This document shows, piece by piece, positions 13,101 to 24,212 of a stretch of 46,853 bases of DNA. The translations under genes and the position numbers were made by a program. The stretch spans positions 1 through 46,853 of the forward strand of contig KZ538799.1 of the NCBI GenBank assembly GCA_000934665.2, read 5' to 3'. Source of the stretch: Catajapyx aquilonaris (lineage: Eukaryota). Positions within the stretch are counted from its first letter, which is position 1. Every line of letters begins with the position of its first letter. The notes under the pieces are model-generated. The model saw nothing but the letters and a program-made list of their open reading frames with translations, was not told the DNA's origin and made no database searches.

Positions 13101-13987
13101 ACCTACATGAGCATTTGATTCATAATTCTCAGTTACATAAACTGGCCATTTTATATGTGGCTGGTGTGGCTCTAAGATTAGCGACATGTATATGTAATAT
13201 GATCATAAATGGATCTCTAAATATTGCAATGTCGCTATTTTGTGTCGAAAAATGTCAGATGTAACTTATTAGAATAAATGCGGATCCAATAAAAATTAAT
13301 AGAATTATCGTGGATTAATTTAGACCTATATTGATTTAGATTACTTAAGCGTCAGACTCACATTCATATGCACTACATGCACATATAGGTTTCTTTGTAA
13401 TATCCTGCCTTATTATGGGTTTAAATATCTAGAAATGTTGAAATCCATACAATATATTGTAATGACTATATACATTGTAGACTTCTTTCTTTCTTGAAAG
13501 GTAACATTGGTATAGATACAGTACGTCAATGAGGAGCAGTAATGCCAGTAATCAGCAACTCGGATAATTTTTTTGACTGGGATCATATGGCCAGAAATGC
13601 TCCTCCAGTAAAGTAAGAAGTTTTTGCAAGGATAGCAGTGTGAACAGTCTTATATCGAAGCTCAATATAGACGTATTACTTATTACCAAGAAGCTGTATT
13701 GATAGTCATGACTCTTATTAATAATTGACCTGCATTTGATGATGACATTCCTGGTACCATAATATCGCAATAGGCCTATAATAATATTCGTATGAAGAAC
13801 AAACAATCAAGCAGGCAAATAAATAAATGAATGAATGAATAAGCCGAATAAAATAAGACAGCTATATGTTTCGATAACTGACCCCAGTGAGTGATCCCAG
13901 CCTGGTGTCGATGACAGGCTCTTGAGCCATGGCATCACATGCCAGCTGCAAGAAGATGGCGGCCAGGAGCAGCATGGCGGAGGCCAT
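3837..13987 (-). CDS. Type-B carboxylesterase/cholinesterase-family protein, predicted type I membrane protein, about 616 aa, 10 coding exons (whole CDS span)
   Basis: Manual splicing: complement(join(3837..3961,4025..4339,4397..4598,4691..4881,5022..5378,5468..5653,5732..5879,5945..6076,7018..7107,13883..13987)) = 1851 nt, all GT-AG, phases consistent. Family motifs appear in order: [98 protein letters not shown]. Confidence 0.92.
4025..4339 (-). CDS. Carboxylesterase exon 9
   Basis: ctgtag|[28 protein letters not shown]...FWNNFLP...YVRE|gtgtgt. Confidence 0.85.
4397..4598 (-). CDS. Carboxylesterase exon 8 (catalytic His region GAPHG)
   Basis: attcag|[10 protein letters not shown]...[13 protein letters not shown]...RFQ|gtgagt. 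Confidence 0.88.
4691..4881 (-). CDS. Carboxylesterase exon 7
   Basis: tgtcag|QTPELL...LLEQLID|gttagt; phases match both neighbours. Confidence 0.82.
5022..5378 (-). CDS. Carboxylesterase exon 6
   Basis: ttccag|[16 protein letters not shown]...[15 protein letters not shown]|gtgagt. Confidence 0.9.
5468..5653 (-). CDS. Carboxylesterase exon 5 (nucleophile elbow GHSAG at 5511-5525)
   Basis: cattag|[18 protein letters not shown]...GHSAG...SPRTQ(G)|gtatgg. Confidence 0.92.
5732..5879 (-). CDS. Carboxylesterase exon 4
   Basis: ttccag|[19 protein letters not shown]...[10 protein letters not shown](G)|gtacag. Confidence 0.9.
5945..6076 (-). CDS. Carboxylesterase exon 3
   Basis: acgcag|PPERHPGW...ACPQ...[13 protein letters not shown]|gtacgt. 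Confidence 0.9.
7018..7107 (-). CDS. Carboxylesterase exon 2
   Basis: ttccag|[30 protein letters not shown]|gtgagg. Confidence 0.9.
7120..7185. repeat. (AAT)22 microsatellite
   Basis: Directly visible; gives the spurious poly-I and poly-L ORFs. Confidence 0.97.
8577..8788. mobile_element. PIF/Harbinger (Tourist)-like MITE, 212 bp
   Basis: Near-perfect inverted arms of more than 60 bp beginning GGGCCGAATTCAGAGAGG and ending CCTCTCTGAATTCGGCCC; flanked by 3-bp direct repeat TAT. Confidence 0.85.
13883..13987 (-). CDS. Carboxylesterase exon 1 (signal peptide + [12 protein letters not shown])
   Basis: ATG at 13987; [35 protein letters not shown] then donor gtcagt, phase 0, in frame with exon 2. 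Too short for the ORF track. Confidence 0.85.
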
Positions 13988-14909
13988 CTTGTCAGCCACG
14001 CACTCTAGGCTAGGCCTAGTCCTCAGGAGCCTTGTCTTCTTCTTCTTCTTTCTTGTTTCACTAGAAGCAATCCCTGATAATGATGATGATGTGCAGGGGC
14101 AGGCTTGGAGTCCCCATGCCTACTGACATGCTGGCACGCTTTTCCACCGTTTCGCTGCTACCCTGCAAAGCATCAGGGGAGGAGCTTATGGCCTCGTCAC
14201 GCTTACACACACTCGCAGCATTTGTCTACTTTACTTCTTCTTTGGCTGTGCTTTTTCAACGTGTAGGATTGGGTGGGGTGTGCATCATATATGGCAACCT
14301 TGGCCTCACCTTACTTTTTTGGTGCCATATTTACCTCTTGTTTTGCTCTGGACTTGTAAGTGTTTCCTCCCCCCCTCTACCTCATCATCTCTATGCATCT
14401 ACCTCATCCACACCCGGCGGCCATTTTAGCCTCATAATGCATGCGGGAGGAAAAGGGCGGTGTCTTTTACAGCTTCTGCTTACTCTTGAAGGTTACTTCT
14501 GATGGCGTTAAATATTTATTTTGCTGTTTAGGTCATGGTTGCGCAACGAACTGACACATATGAGAAATAATAATGGCTGACAAAAAGGGTAGCGTTTGTG
14601 GTCAAGGTGACCTGAGCACTGGGTGGACACGCCTTATTGGTCAGAGCAAGCTGTTCAATGGGCCGTCTTATATCGCGGAAGGGGGAATAAGGCACGATGG
14701 ATTCATATCTCTTCGAAAAGAGACGGAATTTGACGAACTTCAATCATGGCCTATACTCTTGATGGGAGGCAGCAAAACGACGCCGGTGCCACGCGACATC
14801 CCAATTATTGGGAAACAAGGTTTATGACAAAAGTATTAGTTGCATTTGACTGATTCAGGGAGTTAATATGATGGCTTACAACGCAACAAAGCAGCTTTCA
14901 TTATATTAT

Positions 14910-14949
14910 TGACACCAATAACTGGACTTAAGTCCAGTTATTGGTGTCA
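14910..14949. repeat. Perfect 40-bp spacerless palindrome
   Basis: TGACACCAATAACTGGACTT|AAGTCCAGTTATTGGTGTCA. Confidence 0.95.
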
Positions 14950-17900
14950 TATACAACTTAGCCTACAATATATTGGTCACAACTTGTATATATAGCTTGA
15001 TAATCTGGTGTCCAGATATTCTTTTGAAGCTAAGGAAGAGTTTTTCTTATTTAAGGTTAAAAAGAAATCCTAAATGCGGGCTTAAGATGGAGATCTTACC
15101 ATATTAGAGGTGCAAATCTAACAGTAGACAGAAAATAATGAAATTGCACCAATCATTTTATTATGTGATATACCTTTAAATGGTCGGTCTGTCGCTGAAG
15201 GAAAATTCACAATAAATGGTGTAATAGTATGTGGTTTTTTTTGGGTGCGCAATGTTTATACCAGGATAAACTGCACAAAAAAACAACCATAAACAACTAA
15301 CGCCTTTTATTGCCAATCAAACTCCAAGTTACGTCAATAATTTATTCGCATCTATTCCAGCAGACGATATATTACCGTGATTAATTAAGCTATTAGGTCA
15401 AATGATTTTGCAAAACGGTGTGTAAACAATTATTCGATGCGCGTTTTATTGCCCTATTAATTAACTTGAAGACCTTTTCAGGACTGTATGACATCCTGCT
15501 TCTTCCACCTCACCCTTTTTATTCTAGTTCAAACCTGGATTCTTGTGGTCACGAAGAAAGTTTGCGGCACAGTTTTTTTGTTATCTTCTATTATACGTAC
15601 AGTACATTCCTTATTTTGTGCTCGCTCTATTTATAAGATGTTCATAATTTACTATATTTGGCGCAACTTTTGGTGCAAAATGTTGAATCTGCATCTGGCA
15701 TGTCCTCTGTTGCACCATTTCAGGTGTAACATACCCACTGCCCGAAGACTACAATCAAGGAGAAGTTATGGATTACATTTCAAAAAAACAGTTTGCAAAT
15801 GATAAAAATGGTTGGACCAACAATCATGGGCCCACTCATCCGTTCATTTATATTGAATTGAATAAATTAATCATATAACTTAACAAAGATTAACGCTTTG
15901 TGCCAATCGATTTCCAACCTTCCTCAGCAGGTCCTATAATGACATTTCGTTTGATATACCACAAGAATATTCAGCATTTCCAGCCTTCTTCTTTCCAGGC
16001 TTGCTTTTCTTCACAGTCTGATTTCACTGCCGACTGCGTATGATGTGTATACACGCACACTTACGACTCGAGCGTACGCTTTACTTCTTATATATCATTA
16101 TGCCACGCTTACGTGCCTTAGAGGACGGCCCTCTGAAAATAATATTTCTGGTCAGCCTGCTGCGATAATGAAGTTGGAAGTCTATATGTGTAATGTTGAC
16201 GCGCACCATTTGCCATTTATTTCGCTGATCTGGAGATTCGCACTCCGACGGGCTTCTTTTTTTCCCCCTCCCCAACCGCGGCCTTTTAAATTCCCCCTTG
16301 CAACTCTCTTCACGCATCGACGATCACATTGGCACGAAAACGAGATCTGGTCAAATGATGAACCCCCTATAATGCTGCCCTGCCGATCGAAGCATTTAGT
16401 GCATGCCCTGCCACTCAATCATTGTAGTCATTGACGTCAATTGGTAAGGTCCAATTGCATCGGCACAAATTGCAGAGAAATATCCCCATAACGACATGTT
16501 TCGCATAACTATACATCATGGAGATTTTCCATAAGTTGAGATTGTTGAACCATCAACTTCTTGTCGTTAAAAATGTTAAACCGGTCGTCATCAGTGGTGA
16601 ACACGATATGTATATATACTTACATTAGAATAATTTATGAGTTGTTGGTTTAAACTAAGTCGTTTTCCCCACAGCACAGCAGATGTTGAAGAGTCGTGTC
16701 CAGCAGTAGTGTAGTTTGAGCAGCACACAGTCACACAAGAAACGAAAGCGTCCAATCAGTTTGGTGTCCTGGAGCGGTTCTGCTCCTGGTAACTGTGTGT
16801 TGTGAACGAGGCGGAAACCCGGGCAGGAAATAAAAAGAGGGGAGGCGTCACGCATGCGCACCAGCCCATGATATAACTATATACATATGAATAAAATACA
16901 CCCTCTTCAGCAACCACCCACTCAATCCTCTAAAACTCACCTCCTATATATACCCTTGCATCACACTCCCACTCAAACATGATAAATCTTTTTTAAAAAT
17001 AATGAGAAATATAAATAAATAAATAAATAAATAAATGATAATGATAATTTTATTACGCCCTGGGTGATTGGCCCCTTTGGCGAAATAATAATAAGAAATT
17101 AAAAATGTAATATTAAGATTCTTCGTTGTATGACCGACGCTTCCGATTGGCTCCCGTTCTGCGTCTGCGCAATGGGGTGAAGCAGAGCCTCTGGTGGGTG
17201 AAATGAGGAACTAGTACATTATACTAATACAAGTACAGGGTGTTCAGTAACTATTCTGACATACTTCTAGGATGTATTCATGTGGACTAGATGATCACGT
17301 TATGAAGAGGTGTCATTTGGTCTCTGAAGCTTCATTACAGAGATAATTGGCTTCGAACACAAGGTATTAGATACATATCCTGACAAATATGTGTCCAGCC
17401 TTGCCCCTGTTCATTAAATAGGTGTTGCCAAAGGGAGTCATACCGTGCAATGTTAAATGAAATAGCGATCTCATTAGGTGTGGCAGGCAGTGGTCGGGTG
17501 CGACGGAAATGTCGCAGGATGTATCTGCTATAAACATTGTTAATTAATATATAGGGACTGCATCCATTATTAAGTCTTATATAGATAATTTTTTGTGTAA
17601 AACAATGAGAGGGATTTCCCCCCAACTATATACCTATACCACACCCTCACATAACTTCCTGTAGTTTTACCTCTGAAAAACTTGGGGGGGGGGGGGGGAA
17701 AANTCCACAATATTAAAACTGCTGCCTCCCACACACAACCATAGTCCAATGTGTGGACGTCAGCACGTACACCTTTTTGTTTAACGTCACATCCAATCAA
17801 ATGATGAATAGGATGTAATCAGCACTGCCTAAGTGCTGGTTGTAACTTATTACATGATTTTTTTTTAAATATATTTTTATTACTTGGAGGTGACCCTTGC

Positions 17901-19259
17901 CTGAACCAATCGAAAAATATGCGACTTGAGGGCTGCATTTTGACCGGAACAAGAGTAAGCAAGAACCGTGTTCTTCCGGGTGGGGGAAGGCGAGAGAGGG
18001 AAAGGACAATTACAATTGACCGAATATTTTGCCAACCGAAAATTTGCAATGTCATCCATTTGTGAACTTGGCCCAGTTTCTGAGTAGGGGGGTATGTAGT
18101 ATATGATTGTGGGTGAGTCGAGCGTAGCAGGGAAACTGAATGCAAACAAAATTGTAGGCATAAAAAAAAGTAAAATGTGTGTGGGGGGAAGTTGTAAGTG
18201 GATGAGAGTAAAATGGGGTGGGAGGAAGGGCGGGGGAGGCAGGGGGAGGACAATAGAAATCACGTGACTGGAAAAATGTTTGCACGGATTCCGGGAGCTG
18301 CACGCGAAGACCGCAAAAATTATATTAAAACCCGTGTGAAAATAGGAGGGAAAAAAACGAACTTGAGTAATTTCCGGTGAATAACTTTCACCCATAAGAC
18401 CTTTTTACTAAAATTTGCTATGAGTAAGTTATGCGCCAGTCAACCAAAAATTTTTATAGAAGATTTGAAATATTTGAACGTCCTTTTCACCCCTACAGCA
18501 AGCTCCTTTTGTATAGCAACTGCTGGACTCTTACTCTGCACCTGTGGTTTTAAACCATACCGATATCAGTAGTTGAGCTAAGTTGCACTTGTTGCGACAT
18601 GTCGATTACATGTAGACTCTACTGGAGCACATGATTCAACAGAAAAATAACGCAATAAATATAGCCTCGAATGAGTATTCAATTATACGAAGAAAAATTG
18701 TGAGGCAAGTAAAATTTTACTGTCGGCCTAATTGAGTAAAGAATGAGCTCGTCACGAATGATGACTTGTTGGACTGTTTTAAATTTGGAAAGTTTGTAGA
18801 GGAGTTGTCCGGAGGGCGGGGTCCGTCTGCTGGCAACAATGTCAAACATAATCCAAGTGGGGTACAAGATAAGAAGAAGAAAAAATTAGGATTAATTTTC
18901 ATCTCCAACAGCCTTGATCGCGAATCACGCAACCGGATGTTGCATTAAAATGCGGAAAACGTTATTCATCACTTGCTATGAAAATAGAAGTAACTACTCT
19001 CTATATACTCTCCACACATAAAATTGCGACATGGCCGCGGTTGTAATTGGCTGCTATACGAGCAAGTTTTTATTTCTGAATGAATATGAGTCACTTGTTG
19101 CATGTTGTCGCCTTTTATCCCATCTGATTCATCCAACCTATTACCACAAGTGCTGCTGCACTCATCTCTGTAGCATGAAGTGTCGTCCATGTTACCAGTT
19201 GCTTCATCGAATCCTGGAGCGATTTTGATGTAATAAATTCGAGCACAAGTTTAATATTA

Positions 19260-19458
19260 CAGCCAATTGGGGTGAGATTGTGCCAGCGCATTTTTTTTGG
19301 ACAAGAGTGCACCCTATACATCAAAATTTACTCGTCATTGCCAAATCTTGACCATCCCTCAATGTAGTATAAAACATGCTCGAAGACATGCCGAAATGCT
19401 GCCAGTAGGGCGCACTGTTTCCAAAAATGCGCTGGCACAATCTCACCCCAATTGACGG
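19260..19458. mobile_element. MITE with about 50-bp TIRs (pogo/Tc1-like)
   Basis: CAATTGGGGTGAGATTGTGCCAGCGCATTTTT...AAAAATGCGCTGGCACAATCTCACCCCAATTG; TA on the left flank only. Confidence 0.75.
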
Positions 19459-19524
19459 GCATTTCTATAATTTTAAAAAGTGGCAGCTCCGACCAATATT
19501 TGCGTTTGTTTCCACATTTTAGAA

Positions 19525-19555
19525 TTTTTCGAAGAAAAAAGTATTATAGAACGGC

Positions 19556-19621
<66 letters not shown>

Positions 19622-20145
19622 GACAGGTATCAGACAGACAGACACAGCCGTGCTATAAGAGCCAGGGGGAGCCAGGGCTGCTATAAGCAGCCAGGGGGAA
19701 GGGGCGGATTGGGTGAACCCGGAACCCTGAAAATCAATAAAATGGTCATATAGCACGGCTGTGTCTGTCTGTCTGTCTGTCGACAGGTATCAGACAGACA
19801 GACACAGCCGTGCTATAAGAGCCAGGGGGAGCCAGGGGGAGCCAGGGCTGCTAAGCAGCCAGGGGGAAGGGGCGGATTGGGTGAACCCGGAACCCTGAAA
19901 ATCAATAAAATGGTCTTATAGCACGGCTGTGTCTGTCTGTCTGTCTGTCGACAGGTATCAGACAGACAGACACAGCCGTGCTATAAGACCTTTTTATTGA
20001 TTTTCAGGGTTCCGGGTTCACCCAATCCGCCCCTTCCCCCTGGCTGCTCCCGCCCCCCTTCCCCCCTCCCAGTCCCGTGACTGTCGTTGGGGACAATAGC
20101 AGTAAACATGAAAAAAGTCTACTCTAATCACGCTCACGTGATTTT
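19525..20145 (+). mobile_element. Helentron/DINE-1-like non-autonomous element, copy A, with internal tandem and inverted duplications
   Basis: T-run start, GAAAAAAGTATTATAG, (TCTG)16 at 19556-19619, 3' AAAAAGTCTACTC + hairpin AATCACG-ctca-CGTGATT (20126-20143) then TT; both ends match the element at 31663-32205. Confidence 0.7.
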
Positions 20146-20399
20146 GCCATAATATGCTGGAAGAATAGTTGCCGATAATATATTTGTATACCAATATTTA
20201 CGTGAATGAAAGGGGGTTGGCTGGACCATGCGCGGGTGGTTGGAAGGTCGCAAAATCAGCAGGATATTCCCTATCATTCGGATCAAATCCATTGATGATC
20301 GCATTCATATTTGGCTCCTCAAGTTGTTGATCCTGCCATCTGTTGGTCTCTGGCTCAACTAGGATGAGTGCCATCTAGTGACAAATTCAGCTACCTCCC

Positions 20400-20956
20400 C
20401 ATTTCAATTTCGGCTGTGGGACGGTACTAAGCGCGATGGCCTGGTAGCAGTTGAGTAGCGCCAATGTCAAAGGACTGAACTGCAGCTATTTCGCGACTTG
20501 TGAATCGCGGCGATTTGTGTGTGGTGTGGTCCGCGACGTGTCTTGTGTCCCATCCTCTGTCTTTCTCTCCTCTCGGATGGTCGGTCGGTCGGCCTGAGAT
20601 GGCCGCACAGTTAGTTTAGCGAGGGCGGGAGGACGACAGCCTCGCTCTGCACACGGACAGGACCCCCTGAGGGCGGAAAGGAGACCAGGGGCCGACCCCA
20701 CTCGCAGCAGCAGACAGGGGCAGGCAGCCATGGGCAATCGGGGATCGTGAACGGAACCCCGCAGCCGCCCCGCCCCTGCCCACCCTCCCCCATTCCGATC
20801 TGTCTGCTGCGCCTACTTCCAGCCCCCGGGTTCAGCCGGCATGGGCGGCCGAAGGAGGAGGAGGAGGGCCGCCCGGGGGCCGCCACCACCTGGGACAACA
20901 ACCCGGACATAATCACCCACTCTTCTCGACACACATCATTCGAATAGTAGGAGACG
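20400..20956 (+). promoter_or_regulatory. Probable EXT1 promoter/non-coding first exon (CpG-rich leader); start approximate
   Basis: The EXT1 ATG lies 12 nt after a splice acceptor (23807), so an upstream exon is expected. This GC/CpG-rich block ends in a strong donor ACG|GTAAGC at 20956/20957. Confidence 0.55.
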
Positions 20957-23819
20957 GTAAGCATCGCCATAAATGGAATCCGTTTTTTTTTTTGGAACGG
21001 GGAGGAGGACCACCCTTGCATACACAAAAAAAAATAAATAGAAGGGTGTGGAGGAACAACCAGGAGGGGAGAAGTGATGGTGAAGCACAAAAAAAAGTGT
21101 TGGTGTGTGGGGCACAGCAGAAGTGACAGTGGCATGTATCGGTGGATATCACATTCATTGCTCTGCAAAATCAAGCAGGCATGATGGCACTGGAAACTGT
21201 GAGTAAAACGGTGCATCACATCGCACCAGTCGCCACGTACGGAAAACTGCTTCCAGTTTGTCATTTAATGGAATCGTAACAATCGATAGCGATGCTTGAC
21301 AGGAATTCATGTACTAACCAGCTGGAAAAGAAAGGAAATGCACACACAACTCTGTACACTTTGCTGGTTTTAGTTCAATTAATTTCTTAGGGTTCGTTAA
21401 TAATTTATTTTGTACGTGCTGGCAAGGTCTGTGGAAAATGAATTAATGAGCGCCGGAACTTTGTAAGTGAAAGAGCAGGTTGTACATTAATGGACCTTGT
21501 ACTATCATGCGGATCATGCATTTGTTATGAGGAAGTGTCCAGAATTACGATCTGCCGATAGTGACACTTCAGGTGTTACCGCATATCCTGTGTTTAATTT
21601 CTGACGAATTGATCAAGTACATGGGGAGCTTTAACTGTGTTGTGCTGAGAAATACTGCTGATTCACGAATCACGACGTGTATTGCCATAAATAATCAATA
21701 ATGTGTTATCATTTTAAAGTGAAGATATATTGATTGATTAGGCAATATGTTGTACAGTAATGTCAGTTGGAAGTACTGTTGCAATGCTTAAAATTCTCCT
21801 GAAAATGATGTGTACAAGGAAAAGAGTGAGGAAGAATCAGCGAATGTACACTGTGTTTCAATTGAATTGCCCTTGTCAGTGGGCGGTTTTTGTGCATGAG
21901 TCTGCGTGCCATTAAACAGTTCCTTTTAAGGGCTGTTGAAAATATTAGCTTTAAATATTAATGTCGGAATGTAACGTCCCTTTAAAGGAGTATGGGAAGG
22001 TCTGCAAAAAGGGGATTAAATTGTTGACCCCATCTGCTTGATGGCTGGGCTTGAGGTTCATATCTGGATTTGCCTCTGTACTTTACTGGCCGGACTACTA
22101 TGGTTAGGTATGTACTCGTTGCGAATATCTTATGACTTATCATTTGCGCTATCCACATCCTTGTCGATGTTGACTCCCTGTCAGTGCAATTGCAGTGAAT
22201 GCAGCTGAGAAGGAAAAAGTGAAAAGTTGTGAAATGTGATAAGGAAAAACAGGGAATTAAAATTGTGGTGGTTATTACAATTGGCATGTCTTGCGTTGAT
22301 TTAGTGCACAAGTTCAGATGATATGCACTTGATCGAGGAAGATACTGCACGTGAATAATATTATAGGTTTTTAGATCATCTAGAAAATGTTTGGAGTGGG
22401 ATTAAATTGAGCGTCGTTCTTTATTCCTAAAAGGGGCTGGAGGCATTTTAATATGTTCCTGGACCAAGGCAAGTGCAAACACTTTCCAAGAAAAGGGCTT
22501 GAGATTTTAATTAGTGCTGCCTGGCTTGGTAACTGGAGCATGTACAGTATATATGATGCACAATGTTTATTGCCCCTTGGATTAAATTGCTCCTGGTGCA
22601 ATAATAGTCTGCCCGAGGAGTGAAATTGATCATGATGGATAGGGGAGGGGTGGAGGGTTTACTTTGCGTTTAACCTGAAAATACCAAAGGTTGTGTTAAT
22701 TTGCCTAATTGCTGTCTGAGTATTACGTTGTCGTAACTAATGATGCCTGCCGTTCTCTGACACTGCAACCCTCTTTTGACACGTTAGTTGGCGAATTTCA
22801 CTTCCTATTTCCAGTTTATTTATTTTTTTTGTACTGCACACGTGTGTAGGAAACCTTGAGGACGAATTACACCTTAGGAAGTGGGTGAGAAAAAAAGAGC
22901 GACATTTTGCGTTGCAGCCTGACCCTGAATGGAAGTTTAGGACGCAAGCCGGTTAAGTAGGATGCTGCACATGATTCCATTATGGTAGCCGTCTGTGATT
23001 TGTCATTTAAATAGGCACTCGTGAAAAGGCAAAGTGTCATGCATTTTGCAGCCGCATTGTTGTCTGCAAGTCATACCGAATGGGATTGGATTACGTGAAG
23101 GTCTGGCAGTGAGACCGTTTCCTACTCTACTTTTATGAACGGGTTAGTAATGTGTGCTTATGCTGTAAGGGCAAGTGATAAGAAACGGGAGAATCGCAAG
23201 AAAACGTAGTGCAAATATTTAGAGAATCCATTGAAACTATTTCTGCAAGAGATAATCCTGTGTGCTCCAGGGATTGGCATGGGTATGGTTCAGTGCCACT
23301 CTGTTGCAAATTAGATTTGTCTGATATTTTAAATATGTTATGATCCCGATATAGTTAATATTTAGTGTATATTTTCATGCAGGTTCATTAGTAGCTGTTA
23401 AATAATGCAATATATTAACACCACTAGGGCAATGAAAAGCTGTTTACAATGCATTGTACTGCTATGTGCATTGATTATGTTCGTTAATAATTAACTTTGA
23501 TCCCCTGTTGCATAGAGCACAAGTGAGCCAGAGTATTATTATAATTCACAATGAATTATTGGGAGGCAAGTAATTGTTTTCATCCTGCATGCTTCCCTGT
23601 CATATATGAATTGATTTGTTATTGTGTAATTAACGGCTGAATAACTTCATGACCACAACTTGTGACCTTGTCTTATTTTGATTAACATCACGAATGTACT
23701 GCAGAATGTTTGTAATTGACGATACTGCCTTCCTTGCATATGTGATGATGTCGTTACATACGAAAATGACTGACACTGAATTCTATTTGTAACTACTGTA
23801 CTTGCAGGTAGATAGAGCA

Positions 23820-24212
23820 ATGCAGGCGAAGAAGCGGTACCTCCTGGTCCTCCTGTCCTGCGCTTTTCTGGCGCTCTGGTACTTCGGGGGCTACCGGTTA
23901 AAGAGTCACCACTTATCCCAGCTGGTCACCTCTGCTCCCATTGACCCCCCTCCCATCCCGCCTTCCCCTTCTTCCACCTCTTCCTCATCTTCTTACCTCC
24001 CCTCCGGAGCCTGGGAGGTGACTCTTGAAGAGGAGGAGGCCTACTCCGGCCCCTCTCCGCGCCAGAGACGGAGAGAGAACTCTCGGACCACCAGAGCACA
24101 GTACTGCCGCATGGACACCTGTTTCAACCTGCAACCCTGCAAGAAGAACTTTAAAGTCTACGTCTATCCTGCCACAGACAACTCTCCTCCGCCCAGTCCC
24201 AGCTATCAGAAG
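23820..24212 (+). CDS. EXT1: EXT1 coding exon 1 (cytoplasmic N-terminus, TM anchor, Pro/Ser stem)
   Basis: Acceptor ttgcag ends 23807; [14 protein letters not shown]...CRMDTCF...FKVYVYP...SYQK|gtaata. Confidence 0.93.

Noticed and set aside
17236..17800. Solo TA-CAGGGTGTTC end with possible transposase remnants
   Set aside because: No partner TIR or convincing DDE/D motif; noted only as a solo end
19544..20048. CRISPR-like repeat-spacer appearance
   Set aside because: Spacers are near-identical to each other, the context is eukaryotic and there are no cas genes
20611..21264. 217-aa minus-strand ORF
   Set aside because: Antisense to the GC-rich putative EXT1 leader; no domain; stop-codon scarcity is explained by GC content
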